Source of the DNA: a virus
Taxonomy: Duplodnaviria > Caudoviricetes
IMG/VR virus record: IMGVR_UViG_3300020045_000984
Span: 1 to 46,973 of that record
Direction: 5' to 3' (one strand)
Length of the DNA: 46,973 bases
The translations under genes were made by a program, and so were the position numbers. The notes beneath the pieces are model-generated. The model made no database searches, was not told the origin of the DNA, and saw nothing but the letters and a program-made list of their open reading frames with translations. Position 1 is the first letter of the stretch. Each line of letters opens with the position of its first letter. This document shows, in pieces, positions 27,961 through 38,415 of the stretch.

Positions 27961-30273
27961 ATGGCCGAACGGCAGACTTTTGCCTTTGAAGTTCAGGCCC
28001 CTGTACAGGGACGCCCTGACAGCGGAGGCGGTGTAAACATTGCCCAGACAGTAGGGGGCCAGACAGTAGGCGGGGACCGCTCTGGCATCCAGCGGGCTAA
28101 TCTAGGCGGGGTTGTTGGAGGCTTCCTTGATAACCTCCTAGAGCCTTACGCAGAGCGGCGGGCCAAAGAGCAGTACGCTAAGGGTATGGCAGACCAAATG
28201 TACGCCGAGGCGGGCGAGGAAGTCCGTGCCGGTAACGGGCTGCTTACCCAGATTTTCGGCCCGACGGCTTACGAAGAGGGGGCGATCTTCTACGAGGCGC
28301 AGGAGCGGGTGTCAAACGCCCAGACTGCTTGGGCGCAGCGTGAAGACGAGCTTAAGAAGATGGGCAGCGAGGACGTTGCGCGGGCTTGGGCAGATCACCT
28401 TGAAAGCACAAAGGTTGGGGACGAGTACCTAGATCGTATGATCGAGGACACGCTCGTTAAGGCTAGCCCGCAGATGCTGCAGACCGTTGCTAAGGCCCGC
28501 TTCGGCTGGCAGCAGGAACGTGCAGCTTCGGCACAGGCTAAGGCTTGGATGGCGCAAGGCGGCGCGTATCAGGCTCAAGCGGCTAGCTTCGCAGCTACGT
28601 CTGACCCCGACGACGAAAGCGTTATGGGATATAACAGTGCAACGCAGTCGTTCTTGGACCTATTCCAGCCCGTAGTAGGGCAGACCGACGAGGCTTATAA
28701 GAAGAACCTGACCAACGTGATGCGCAGTATGGCGCAGCAAGGTCAGGGCCACGCGCTATCAACGCTGCTCCGCTCAGGTGCGTTAGACGTGCTGGACGAG
28801 GGCGACCGTGTTAGGATCGAAGACGTGTACACCAAGTACGGCAAACAAGCAATAATGAAGGCTGCTCTTGATCCTAAAGTCATTGCGGACATGGACGACC
28901 TAGAGTTTAAGATGGCGTACAACCGTATCGGCCCTATGGAGGCATTAGCTAGAAAGCGTAGGATTAACGAGACTATTAAGCGCGCTAGCGGGTTTGACTT
29001 GGATATGTACGATGTAGCCGACCAGCAGGGCACCCTCAGAAGTGTGTGGCAAGACTTATATCAAGCCGATGTTAGGGAGGAGGCGAAGGCCGACGCTATC
29101 GCTAGACAAGAAGATCAGCAAGCCCACGAGCTTGAGCTTGAGAACGCTAGGGCAACTGCAGACGCTAGCGCCGCAGAAATGGCATGGGCCTCTAACGCTC
29201 CCGGCATTGCTCTTGCATCCGGCGCTGTGAAGCCAGACGCTATGAAGGCCCGTGTATTTAAGGGCTATCTGGATAATGACTTTGCTGGTATGAACCGGGC
29301 GTTCAAAGACAGCATCGTGTCCGATAACATTAAGGGCAGCATTCAGAATACTATTTCATCTAACGTATCTGCAGGCTACTCTCAAGAGTTTGAAGGCCTT
29401 GTTGGCAAGTTCGACGGGATGGTTGCGGCTAACCCTGCCTTGGCTAAGGAGTACTTCGGTAACGCCTTCGCTCCTATGCGGCAGTACAAGAAGCTGCGGC
29501 AGGCAGGTGCTGGCGGCGTGTCGGCCTTTGCTCAGGCTTTTGGTGATGATAGCCAGTACGCCCCAAGTGGGGCCGCTATCGCCAAGGCAACCAAGAGCAT
29601 TACCAAGTGGGTAGCAGACCAACAGCCGGGGTCAATCATGGGCTGGATTGCCGGAGCCTCGGCTCTGAACAAGAGCGGTCAGGCGACGATGGCTAACCTC
29701 ATTGCCCGTGAAGTAGCGCAGGACAGCGCAGGGGCTGGGGAAGACCTTTCAGAGGCCACCCTAACTCAGGCTGCTTACGATAGGCTGACCGCCAGCGGTA
29801 GGTTTGAGCAACACGGTCCTATGGGGTGGAAAACACCACAGGGTCAGGAACCTATGTGGAAGTCCCTTGGCGTCCCTAAGGACATCGCCTCTAAGATTAT
29901 CGTTGAGCAAATCGACGTTATTCTAAAGAACCGGGGCTTCGAAAAAGGCGCATTCGGAGACGAGTATGACGTTCGCCGTACAAGTCGCAACGGTCAGCCA
30001 GTACTGCTGGTAACGCCCGTCGATGAAGACGGCCACATGCTTTACGGAAGCGCCGCTACTATCACAACAGGTCAGCTTAAGCAGGCAGTTGTAAACAAAC
30101 AGGCTCGTGACAACAAGGCTAAAGGCATCCTTAAGCCGGAAGATCAGGCTTGGGCGCGTATCGACCCCGCTCGTCGCATTAAGGGCGAAAGCACTATGGA
30201 CCGCGTAGTCAGGATTAACAAGGAGCGGCTTCTCAGGAAGAACGCTGGAATACCTGAATACCCAATAGACTAA
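27961..30273 (+). CDS. Internal virion protein (gp15-like)
   Basis: 770-aa helical protein; synteny. Confidence 0.78.
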   Translation: MAERQTFAFEVQAPVQGRPDSGGGVNIAQTVGGQTVGGDRSGIQRANLGGVVGGFLDNLLEPYAERRAKEQYAKGMADQMYAEAGEEVRAGNGLLTQIFGPTAYEEGAIFYEAQERVSNAQTAWAQREDELKKMGSEDVARAWADHLESTKVGDEYLDRMIEDTLVKASPQMLQTVAKARFGWQQERAASAQAKAWMAQGGAYQAQAASFAATSDPDDESVMGYNSATQSFLDLFQPVVGQTDEAYKKNLTNVMRSMAQQGQGHALSTLLRSGALDVLDEGDRVRIEDVYTKYGKQAIMKAALDPKVIADMDDLEFKMAYNRIGPMEALARKRRINETIKRASGFDLDMYDVADQQGTLRSVWQDLYQADVREEAKADAIARQEDQQAHELELENARATADASAAEMAWASNAPGIALASGAVKPDAMKARVFKGYLDNDFAGMNRAFKDSIVSDNIKGSIQNTISSNVSAGYSQEFEGLVGKFDGMVAANPALAKEYFGNAFAPMRQYKKLRQAGAGGVSAFAQAFGDDSQYAPSGAAIAKATKSITKWVADQQPGSIMGWIAGASALNKSGQATMANLIAREVAQDSAGAGEDLSEATLTQAAYDRLTASGRFEQHGPMGWKTPQGQEPMWKSLGVPKDIASKIIVEQIDVILKNRGFEKGAFGDEYDVRRTSRNGQPVLLVTPVDEDGHMLYGSAATITTGQLKQAVVNKQARDNKAKGILKPEDQAWARIDPARRIKGESTMDRVVRINKERLLRKNAGIPEYPID

Positions 30274-30283
30274 GGAGAACAAC

Positions 30284-33200
30284 ATGAGTGACCGCAAGGC
30301 TAAGCCGGGTGAGAGCTATCTTGACGATGGGTACTACCTGCCTATTGAAAGCTCACTTGAGCGTAAGCACGGCTTGCCGAGTGGCCTCTTGGGGCGTATT
30401 CGCAAGCAGGGTGAGAAGACCAATCGCTCACAGGTTTCAAGTGCTGGCGCGCGTAGCGTGTACCAGATTATTCCGGGAACCCGTGACGCCTTTAATAAGA
30501 AGTACGGCGTCAACGCTTACGCAGGGGACAGGGAGGCGGCTGAGGTCGCTGCCCTGCACCTTAAGGAAAGTATGGACCGCAACGACGGTGACGTGAACAC
30601 TGCGGTACGAGAGTATCACGGCGGAACTGACCGCGCAAACTGGGGCAAGATCAACGCTGGCTACATCGGGCGCGTAACAGGGAAGCCTGTGCGTGGTATT
30701 GTACGCACCCGTGGGACTACCGCTATGGCCCCCGGCTTCCGCGTCTCAGACGTAAGGTATGAGGACCGCGCAGGCCTAGCCCCTGCAGATATTGGTGAAC
30801 GTACTCCCTTGCGGCGTAAGCCAGTAACCGCTGCTGACGTAGCTCCTAAGGCATCGGCTGCTTCTGTTATATTGGCCCCATACGCGGGCAAAGAGATTAC
30901 TCCCGGCAACTCCGAAGAGGATGCGACAATGGAGATAATCCAGTCGCGTAACCGGCAGGAAGCATTTGTAGCCGAGCAAGCTAACGAGCCCGCTTGGATT
31001 GACCGCGTACAGGCTGCCGTGGACCAGAACTGGATTGGCAACCAAATCATTCGTGGGCTGGATAATGAGGCTGACCGGCCTGACCCAGCATGGTCTAAGA
31101 AGTTCTCTGATAACCTGTTTGACATGACTTCTATGGCCCAAGACGGAGACGAGTGGGCTATGCTTACCAGTGAGCAGGCTCAGGCCAGTGAAGCAGGGTA
31201 CAAGCGGGCAACTCAAGCGATGCTAGAGCGCCGCAAGCGTATCGAGACAATCAATAGTTCTGAGTACGGCTGGGCCTACGAAGGTGGAGCAGCCCTACTT
31301 GATCCAGTTGGTTGGCTGGCCACGTATGGCGTGGGCAAGGCATTCCAGCTTGGGCGCGTTGCGGTAGGTGCTACAAAGGCGGGCCTTCTAGGCACTGTTG
31401 CCGAAGGCGGGCTTACTGGCGCAGGCTTCTCGGCTGTCTCGGATTACTCCGGGGAAAACGTCGGGGTGTCTGATTACATCATGTCCGGTGCTATGGGCGC
31501 GGGAATGATGGGGGTTATGCACGGGGCCGGTACGGCTCTTGGCAAGCTGGACGACCTCGGCGGTGTGGTAGAAGAAGGTATGCAGAGCGCACGGGCTTAC
31601 GAGCAGAAAGTGCGTGACGCTGCCGTAACTCGCCTAGGCCCAGACGCTAACCCTGCTGCAATCGAGCAGGCCATGAAGGAAGAGCTTATTGACGATGCTG
31701 AGCGGATCATGCGATACGCCGTGGGCGACCGTGCTGATGCAGACCGTTTCCTTCCTAGCGACGAGCTTATGCTCAAGATTGGTGACGATGCGACTGCTAA
31801 AGCTGCTATAACCAAGAACGGGCTAGAGAACTGGCCAGACACAGCAGAGCAGCGGATTGGCGCAGAAATGGCTATCCGTGGTGACGAAATTGCTAACACT
31901 GCCCGCGTGGCAGGAGAACTGGACAAGGGCCTGGAGGGCAAGTTCCTTAAGTACTTTGGTCAGGAGAGTGACGCAATCACCCTACTGCGGTCAGAAAGCA
32001 CCTTGATGCAGGCTATGGCTATCCAGCTACTAGAAAGCACCACGGGCGCAGGAGGACGTAAAGCGTCCGCAGCGGTGTCTATGGTTCAGCGTAACCGCAA
32101 GTATTCCGAGGCCCTTATCAAGTACGAGAACTCTTTCGGTGTATGGGCTGAGGGTGAGGGTATTGGGCGAATTGCTCGTAATGTTAGTGGAGACGCTAGG
32201 GCTAGGTTTGATCGGGAGGTTGTGCGTGAGCTTCGGCTGCGCAGTGATGATACTCCGTTCGTAACCTCTAACCAGTCTGTACGCATGGCGGCTGACAGCT
32301 TGGAAGCGGGCTTCAACCAGATGCGTAAAGAAATGCAGCTAGTCAAGACACTGGGCCATGAGCGGCTCGGAGAGACTTCTAAGGGGTACTTCCCGCAGCA
32401 TATCAATGCGTCTAAGATACTCGGTATGTCACCTAAGCAAAGGGGAAGCATTGTCACTATAATGGCAAAGCAACTCCGTGAGCTTAACGAGTATAGTTAC
32501 ATTGACGAGGCCACAGGTGAGCGCATCACCAAGAACTTCGACAGCGCCTTCTCTAAGAAACTGGCACAGCGTTACCTAGACGAGGCCATTGGCCGCGCCC
32601 AAGGCGGTAGCTTTGTCCCTGCTAATCTCCATACAGGGGAAGCTGCGGGCATCCTTACTGACGCTGTTAAGGCAATGTCTGGGCTGAGCGAGAAGGAGCA
32701 GGCCGCTATCCTTGGCCGTTTCAGCCGGGGCGGCGCATCATATACTAAGGGCCGACTGTCGTTCGACATGGAAGCAGACCTTGGTGATGGCCTGCTGCTA
32801 GGTGACGTATTCGAGAACGATGTGCTTACCACTTACCGGCGCTATGGGCGTCGGGTTGCTGGCGAGGTTGCTCTTGCCCAGTACGGCGTTTATGGCCGTC
32901 AGGGGCTGGACACGGCTCGTCGCGTTGCGGCCTCTCAGGGGGCCTCTGTGAACGAGTTGAAGGCGTTTGAGAGGATCGGGGCTGAGTTTCTTAATGAGCC
33001 TTGGGGGGCTGCTGGGGTGGCCTACAACGGCACTATTCAAGCAGCACAGAACCTCCGGTCGATCACTGCGGCGGCGCGGCTGGGCATGATGCCATTTACG
33101 CAGCTAGGCGAAAGCGGTAACGCTATTGCCGTTATGGGTGTCAAGGCTGTGCTTAGTTCAATGATGCGCAGCCCTAAGTACGCAAAGGAAATTAAAGCCT

Positions 33201-34261
33201 TCCTTAATGCTGAGGCCAGCACAAACCCTGTCCTTAAAGACTTTGACGACCTGTACGGGTTTATTGGCGGTGACGGTTATAATATGACCCGCCTGTTCGA
33301 TGCCCCAGATCAGGCAGTAGAGCTGTACGATCAAGCCAGTGTGGGCGTGTTTACTCGCGCTGTACGTGCTGGTGCCCACGCTACCTCCATCATATCTGGG
33401 TTCCGGGTTCTGCACGCTACTCAGGTACGGGGTATGTCCGAGGAGATTGTTAAGAAGGCCATCAAGTTCATTCGTGAAGGCAAGAACGACATTCACCTTA
33501 AAGACATGGGCATTAATGATGAAATGGTGTCAGAGTTGTCTAAGCACATGGACAAGCTGGCTACCTTTGACAATAAGGGCCGACTGACCTCATTGAACCT
33601 GTATGGTGCCCCTGAGCTTAATCCTCGCGTGTTGCGGGACTTTGCACAGACCATCGAGCGGGGCGCAGGCCAGATCATTCAGAAGACCTACGTTGGTGAG
33701 ACTGGCCCTTGGGCGCACAACGAGTTCCTTAAGTTCTTGTTGACCTTCCGCACATTCGGTATCACCAGTATCGAGAAGCAGTACGGGAGGAACGTGTCCA
33801 AGTACGGCGGCGGCATTGAGGGTAACGTGAAGACGTTTGCTATCATGGTCGGCGCTATGGGTTTCGCGCTGCCTATCCATATGGCCCGCCTACAGGCGCA
33901 GTCATTAGGGATGAGCGCGACTGAGCGTGAAAAGTTCATGGACGAGCGTACCACCTCTTACGCGCTAGGAAAGGCCTTGATGAACTACACTAGTGTTACC
34001 GGCCTTGCCCCAGACGGCATGGACGTAATCACTACCTTTGGGGTTGAAAGCGGCATGATGCCAGACAGCCTGAAAGAGCAGATCGACACGCGCGGGCGGC
34101 AACCCGGCGTAGCTGGGATGATAGCCCCCGTGGGCGTGGCAAACGACCTGCTGCAAGGCACAGTAGGTGCCCGGTTCGAGAAGCTCCCCAAGCTGCTCCC
34201 CGGCGCAAATACGGTAGGCGCTATGCCTATTTTCAACCTGATTACCGAGGACGAGGAATGA
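30284..34261 (+). CDS. Large internal virion protein with N-terminal lytic transglycosylase domain (gp16-like)
   Basis: SSAGARSVYQIIPGT...AVREYHGG SLT-like motifs; 1325 aa; synteny. Confidence 0.88.
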   Translation: MSDRKAKPGESYLDDGYYLPIESSLERKHGLPSGLLGRIRKQGEKTNRSQVSSAGARSVYQIIPGTRDAFNKKYGVNAYAGDREAAEVAALHLKESMDRNDGDVNTAVREYHGGTDRANWGKINAGYIGRVTGKPVRGIVRTRGTTAMAPGFRVSDVRYEDRAGLAPADIGERTPLRRKPVTAADVAPKASAASVILAPYAGKEITPGNSEEDATMEIIQSRNRQEAFVAEQANEPAWIDRVQAAVDQNWIGNQIIRGLDNEADRPDPAWSKKFSDNLFDMTSMAQDGDEWAMLTSEQAQASEAGYKRATQAMLERRKRIETINSSEYGWAYEGGAALLDPVGWLATYGVGKAFQLGRVAVGATKAGLLGTVAEGGLTGAGFSAVSDYSGENVGVSDYIMSGAMGAGMMGVMHGAGTALGKLDDLGGVVEEGMQSARAYEQKVRDAAVTRLGPDANPAAIEQAMKEELIDDAERIMRYAVGDRADADRFLPSDELMLKIGDDATAKAAITKNGLENWPDTAEQRIGAEMAIRGDEIANTARVAGELDKGLEGKFLKYFGQESDAITLLRSESTLMQAMAIQLLESTTGAGGRKASAAVSMVQRNRKYSEALIKYENSFGVWAEGEGIGRIARNVSGDARARFDREVVRELRLRSDDTPFVTSNQSVRMAADSLEAGFNQMRKEMQLVKTLGHERLGETSKGYFPQHINASKILGMSPKQRGSIVTIMAKQLRELNEYSYIDEATGERITKNFDSAFSKKLAQRYLDEAIGRAQGGSFVPANLHTGEAAGILTDAVKAMSGLSEKEQAAILGRFSRGGASYTKGRLSFDMEADLGDGLLLGDVFENDVLTTYRRYGRRVAGEVALAQYGVYGRQGLDTARRVAASQGASVNELKAFERIGAEFLNEPWGAAGVAYNGTIQAAQNLRSITAAARLGMMPFTQLGESGNAIAVMGVKAVLSSMMRSPKYAKEIKAFLNAEASTNPVLKDFDDLYGFIGGDGYNMTRLFDAPDQAVELYDQASVGVFTRAVRAGAHATSIISGFRVLHATQVRGMSEEIVKKAIKFIREGKNDIHLKDMGINDEMVSELSKHMDKLATFDNKGRLTSLNLYGAPELNPRVLRDFAQTIERGAGQIIQKTYVGETGPWAHNEFLKFLLTFRTFGITSIEKQYGRNVSKYGGGIEGNVKTFAIMVGAMGFALPIHMARLQAQSLGMSATEREKFMDERTTSYALGKALMNYTSVTGLAPDGMDVITTFGVESGMMPDSLKEQIDTRGRQPGVAGMIAPVGVANDLLQGTVGARFEKLPKLLPGANTVGAMPIFNLITEDEE

Positions 34262-34268
34262 CGAGAAC

Positions 34269-34288
34269 GGGCGGGCTTCGGCCCGCTC
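34269..34288 (+). terminator. cUUCGg hairpin after the gp16-like gene (possible terminator, weak U-tract)
   Basis: GGGCGGGC-TTCG-GCCCGCTC. Confidence 0.5.
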
Positions 34289-34289
34289 A

Positions 34290-34307
34290 TTCCGTAGCCC
34301 TCTTGAC
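34290..34307 (+). promoter_or_regulatory. Putative phage RNAP promoter, copy 3 (TTCCGTAGCCCTCTTGAC)
   Basis: Same motif upstream of the tail fibre gene. Confidence 0.72.
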
Positions 34308-34327
34308 ATATAAAAGAAAGGACTAGC

Positions 34328-36118
34328 ATGGCAGACCCCTTCCTGTCCCTGAACGAGTACGTCTGCGATGGCATCAAGACGCAATTCGAGATTAGCTTCG
34401 CAGGAGGCTATCTAAGCAGGGATCACGTAGTTGCGATTGTCGCAGACGGTAAGGACGCTAACGGCAACCTGATTAACGAGGTCCAAGTAGACTTCGTGTG
34501 GGTTAGCGAGTATAGCGTGTCCATTTCCCCGGCAGTAGCAGCATCAAAGATTTTGCGTATTTACCGGAACACTCCGTTTAACGCGCCTATTGTTGACTTC
34601 TCCGATGGCAGCGTTATCACTGAGGCCACTCTGGACATTAACGCTAAGCAGGCCGTGTTTCTGGCCGCTGAGCTGCGTGACCGCTTCGGTACAGTAGTTG
34701 ATCCAGCCTTGACGGCGGTGTACGCAACTGAGGCTAAAGCAGCGCGTGACGATATTCTTAACGAAGTTAGCGGCTTGGTGTCCACCGCAGGCGCGGGACG
34801 CATCGGCCTCTCTAGCTCTGTAGCCTATCCGGCAAACACAGTGGGCAGTTCCCTAAACCGCTTCTTCAACTTCACCAATCCCACGTTTGAACTGCAAAGC
34901 ATCGGCCCATCTACCCCGCCTGCAAACGGCGTCTACATGGGTGCGGGCGGTAACTCGCTGTCGTTCTTCACACTGGTGTCCAGCCCATCGGACGGTGCCG
35001 AATTTGACAATCAGCGCGCAACGATGTTGATCCGCGCAGTAACGTCTGACGACGGCAACAGCGAGGAGCAATCGCTGTGCATCCTAACGACGATCCAGAC
35101 AGGTTACACAACGCCTTGGGCAGCGGGCACACCATACTCAACGCTTGGCACGAACGTCAATAACGGCGGCAACACGTATCGGCTTATTCAGGCTGGCACA
35201 TCTGCTGCTTCTGGTGGACCGACTGGCAAGACCACGAACATCCTCGACGGCACATGCCGCTGGATGTGGATCAACGATAGCGCGATTAATGCCAAGTGCG
35301 GGTTTTATAACGAGACGCTTGTTTTGCCCGGTGCAGGATCAAGCTGGGCACAGGCGAATAACCTCGAACTTAAGCCAGGCGTCTTGGCAAACTTTGTCGT
35401 CACGCAAGAAAACGACCTGACGAACAATTGCGGCATTGATAGCACCATCGGCGGGCTAAACAAATACAACACGTATTTGCAGAACAACGGCGGGAATGTC
35501 AGTTCAAGCGTCCTCGACATTGGCAGCAGCAATAGCACGAATTTCTCGTCCATCTGGGGCCTGCACCTGACCGGCGCAAAGCTGGCTTCAAACTCGGTGA
35601 TCGGGATTGATGCTTCGTCCGCGACGGGGCTTGGCATCGGCACGGGCTTTGGTGGTGCGGTCAATCCGACATTCACCACGGCGGCGATTGGTGACAGTTC
35701 GACCGCTCCTACAGGCCTTTCAATCACCGGAAACAAGGCTAACGCAGGCGTTGAAGTTACGGCTAACACACCAGCCTCATACGTTTCTGCTGGTACAAAG
35801 ACGTTCGCCGGTTTCTACGACGCAGCTACGTCTCCTAGAGGGCTGTACCTCCAAGGCGAGTACTCGTCTGCTGCAATAGAAGTAACCGGGGTCACACCGA
35901 CCGCGCTGAACATTGGCGGCGCTAAATCGCTTGCTGGTATTCGTGACGGATCAAGCTCACCACGGGGCCTGCTGCTCGAAGGCACTTATTCTAAGTCGCC
36001 AATTCGTATGGCAAGCCTACCACCATCTTACGCTGACGATGCTGCCGCCGCTACTGGTGGCCTGCTTGTTGGTGACGTTTACCGCACAGGCTCGACACTA
36101 AAGGTACGGGCAGCATAA
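34328..36118 (+). CDS. Tail fibre protein
   Basis: T7 gp17-like N-terminal anchor (DG...FAGGYL...IYRNTP...VDFSDGS); CBM-like WAAGTPY...GNTYR segment; repetitive beta-rich C-terminus. Confidence 0.9.
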   Translation: MADPFLSLNEYVCDGIKTQFEISFAGGYLSRDHVVAIVADGKDANGNLINEVQVDFVWVSEYSVSISPAVAASKILRIYRNTPFNAPIVDFSDGSVITEATLDINAKQAVFLAAELRDRFGTVVDPALTAVYATEAKAARDDILNEVSGLVSTAGAGRIGLSSSVAYPANTVGSSLNRFFNFTNPTFELQSIGPSTPPANGVYMGAGGNSLSFFTLVSSPSDGAEFDNQRATMLIRAVTSDDGNSEEQSLCILTTIQTGYTTPWAAGTPYSTLGTNVNNGGNTYRLIQAGTSAASGGPTGKTTNILDGTCRWMWINDSAINAKCGFYNETLVLPGAGSSWAQANNLELKPGVLANFVVTQENDLTNNCGIDSTIGGLNKYNTYLQNNGGNVSSSVLDIGSSNSTNFSSIWGLHLTGAKLASNSVIGIDASSATGLGIGTGFGGAVNPTFTTAAIGDSSTAPTGLSITGNKANAGVEVTANTPASYVSAGTKTFAGFYDAATSPRGLYLQGEYSSAAIEVTGVTPTALNIGGAKSLAGIRDGSSSPRGLLLEGTYSKSPIRMASLPPSYADDAAAATGGLLVGDVYRTGSTLKVRAA

Positions 36119-36130
36119 TCAGGAGTTAAT

Positions 36131-36316
36131 ATGGACAAGCACGAAGTACTCACGGAGGCGCTAAAGTCCGCGCCTCCCGTCTCAGTCGTAGGGGCTACAG
36201 TTATTGGTGTGTCCCTCGAAGAGTGGGTACTCGTCTTGACTGCCCTCTACACGCTATTCCAACTCGTGTATTTTCTACGCGCTAGGTACAAGGAGTATAA
36301 AAATGGCAGCCTCTGA
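36131..36316 (+). CDS. Holin (T7 gp17.5-like)
   Basis: 61 aa, APP...GVSLEEWVLVLTALY, basic C-terminus, precedes TerS. Confidence 0.8.
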   Translation: MDKHEVLTEALKSAPPVSVVGATVIGVSLEEWVLVLTALYTLFQLVYFLRARYKEYKNGSL

Positions 36317-36629
36317 GACTAAACTCGGGGCGCTCCACGAAAAGGTGGCCAGCGTCCTGCTTGACGCCCTTGACGGGGAACTTCTCCCCGGCTACGGTGA
36401 AGGTGACGATGCGGTGCCTGAAAAGGTTATCCCGCCTTCGGCAGCTATTATCGCAGCAGCGACTAAGTTCCTAAAGGACAACGAGATTACCTGCACCCCT
36501 GCTGAGAGCAACGCCCTAGGCGCGCTTGAAGCACAGATGGCTAAGCGGCGTGAGCGGCGCAGCCTTAGTGCCTCCGACCTCGCTTCTGCAACAGCCGCGT
36601 CTGGCTTCATGGTAGGCGGGCTTAACTAA
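36303..36629 (+). CDS. Terminase small subunit
   Basis: AAATKFLKDNEIT motif; synteny. Confidence 0.85.
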   Translation: MAASETKLGALHEKVASVLLDALDGELLPGYGEGDDAVPEKVIPPSAAIIAAATKFLKDNEITCTPAESNALGALEAQMAKRRERRSLSASDLASATAASGFMVGGLN

Positions 36630-38410
36630 TGGCTAAGGAAGGTCAAGAGGCTGCACTAGCCCGCTGGGCAAAGTTGGAGTATCTCCAACGGGAGTACGCG
36701 GATTTCTCGCCCTTCCTTGATGACTGCATGGACCTACTAGGGTTTAGCGCAAGTCCTCTGCAGCACGACATCGGCAGCTTTATCGCGTATGGGCCTCAGT
36801 ACCTTATGGTGCAGGCTCAGCGCGGTCAGGCCAAGACCACAATCTCCGCCATCTTTGCTGTATGGCAGCTTATCCACAGGCCAGAGTATCGCGTACTGAT
36901 TTTGTCAGCAGGCGGCACACAGGCCAACGAAATTAGCACTCTGATCGTCCGTATCATTATGAGTATGGAAGAACTAGAGTGTATGAGGCCTGACAACACC
37001 AACGGTGACAGAACCTCAGTAGAAGCGTTCGACGTTCACTACACCTTGAAGGGGATTGATAAGTCCCCGTCCGTAGCCTGTATTGGTATCACGGGCAACT
37101 TGCAGGGTAAGCGCGCCGACCTTCTTATCCCGGACGACATTGAAAGCTCGAAGAACAGCCGCACGGCGACTATGCGGGAACTCCTGCTAGACCTGACCCG
37201 CGACTTCACTTCGATCAACTCGACTGGCCGTATCATTTATCTTGGTACACCGCAGTCGCAAGAGAGCATCTACAACACCCTGCCCGCGCGTGGCTTTACT
37301 GTCCGCATCTGGCCGGGGCGTTTCCCTACTATCGAGCAGCTTCCCAACTATGGGGATATGCTGGCACCCTACGTCCGCAACCGCCTAGAGCGGGACGCTT
37401 CCCTTATGAACGGGGGCGGCTTGCTGGGCGATCAGGGGCAACCTACTGACCCTACCTACATCACCGAAGACGTACTGTGCAAGAAAGAGCTAGATCAGGG
37501 TAAGACCTACTTCCAGCTCCAGCACATGCTGAACACGGCGCTTGCCGATGCCGCCCGCTACCCGCTAAAGGTAGAGGAAATCATCTGCATGAACTTAGGG
37601 CGCAAGCTGGCGGTTAACCCCGCATTCCCGCTAACGGTAACTCGTGGCATCGGAATTGGCACTAAGGATATCGCTATCCATAACGTGCCGTATAAGCTGG
37701 CGCAAGTTGGCGCAGTGTCCCCTGAGACTTCCCCTATGCAAGGCATCATCATGTATGTTGACCCTGCAGGCGGTGGTAAGAACGGAGACGAAACCGCATA
37801 CGCTGTGACAGGGTTCCTCAACGGGAACATTTACGCACTTGCGATAGGCGGGCTTCCCGGTGGCTACGGCATGGACCAAATGAAGGCCCTTGCTGAGATT
37901 GCCGCTGATTGGAAGGTCAACGAGGTTATAGTAGAAAAGAACATGGGCTACGGCGGCTTTGTCGCAGTGTGGCTCCCTATCCTTAAAGAGAAGCATGAGT
38001 GCAAGGTATCAGAGGACTTCGTTACGGGCCAGAAGGAACTACGCATCGTAGAGACGCTGGAGCCTATCATATCCCGTGGGTCGTTCATCCTTAATGAGAC
38101 GATCATCGAAGAGGAGCAGGTACAGACAGCCCGGTACGAACCTAGCAAGAGAGTTCTATACTCCTTGTTCCACCAGCTAAGTAAGATGACGCGAGAGCGT
38201 GACTGCTTAATGCACGACGATAGGGCCGACGCTCTTGAGGGTGCTTGCCGGTACTGGGTCAAGTACCTCGCAATCAACCAAGCTGAGCAAGTTAAACGTA
38301 TGCGCGACCAGCAATGGAAAGAGCAGACTGCTGACGTTATGCAACGCAATCGCTACGAAAGTCCGGTACGCCGGGGAACTTCCGTATTAAGTAAGTATTT
38401 CAGGAGGTAA
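36629..38410 (+). CDS. Terminase large subunit
   Basis: QAQRGQAKT, RADLLIPDDIE, YLGTPQ, VDPAGGGKNGDE and HDDRAD motifs. Confidence 0.96.
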   Translation: MAKEGQEAALARWAKLEYLQREYADFSPFLDDCMDLLGFSASPLQHDIGSFIAYGPQYLMVQAQRGQAKTTISAIFAVWQLIHRPEYRVLILSAGGTQANEISTLIVRIIMSMEELECMRPDNTNGDRTSVEAFDVHYTLKGIDKSPSVACIGITGNLQGKRADLLIPDDIESSKNSRTATMRELLLDLTRDFTSINSTGRIIYLGTPQSQESIYNTLPARGFTVRIWPGRFPTIEQLPNYGDMLAPYVRNRLERDASLMNGGGLLGDQGQPTDPTYITEDVLCKKELDQGKTYFQLQHMLNTALADAARYPLKVEEIICMNLGRKLAVNPAFPLTVTRGIGIGTKDIAIHNVPYKLAQVGAVSPETSPMQGIIMYVDPAGGGKNGDETAYAVTGFLNGNIYALAIGGLPGGYGMDQMKALAEIAADWKVNEVIVEKNMGYGGFVAVWLPILKEKHECKVSEDFVTGQKELRIVETLEPIISRGSFILNETIIEEEQVQTARYEPSKRVLYSLFHQLSKMTRERDCLMHDDRADALEGACRYWVKYLAINQAEQVKRMRDQQWKEQTADVMQRNRYESPVRRGTSVLSKYFRR

Positions 38411-38415
38411 CAACT

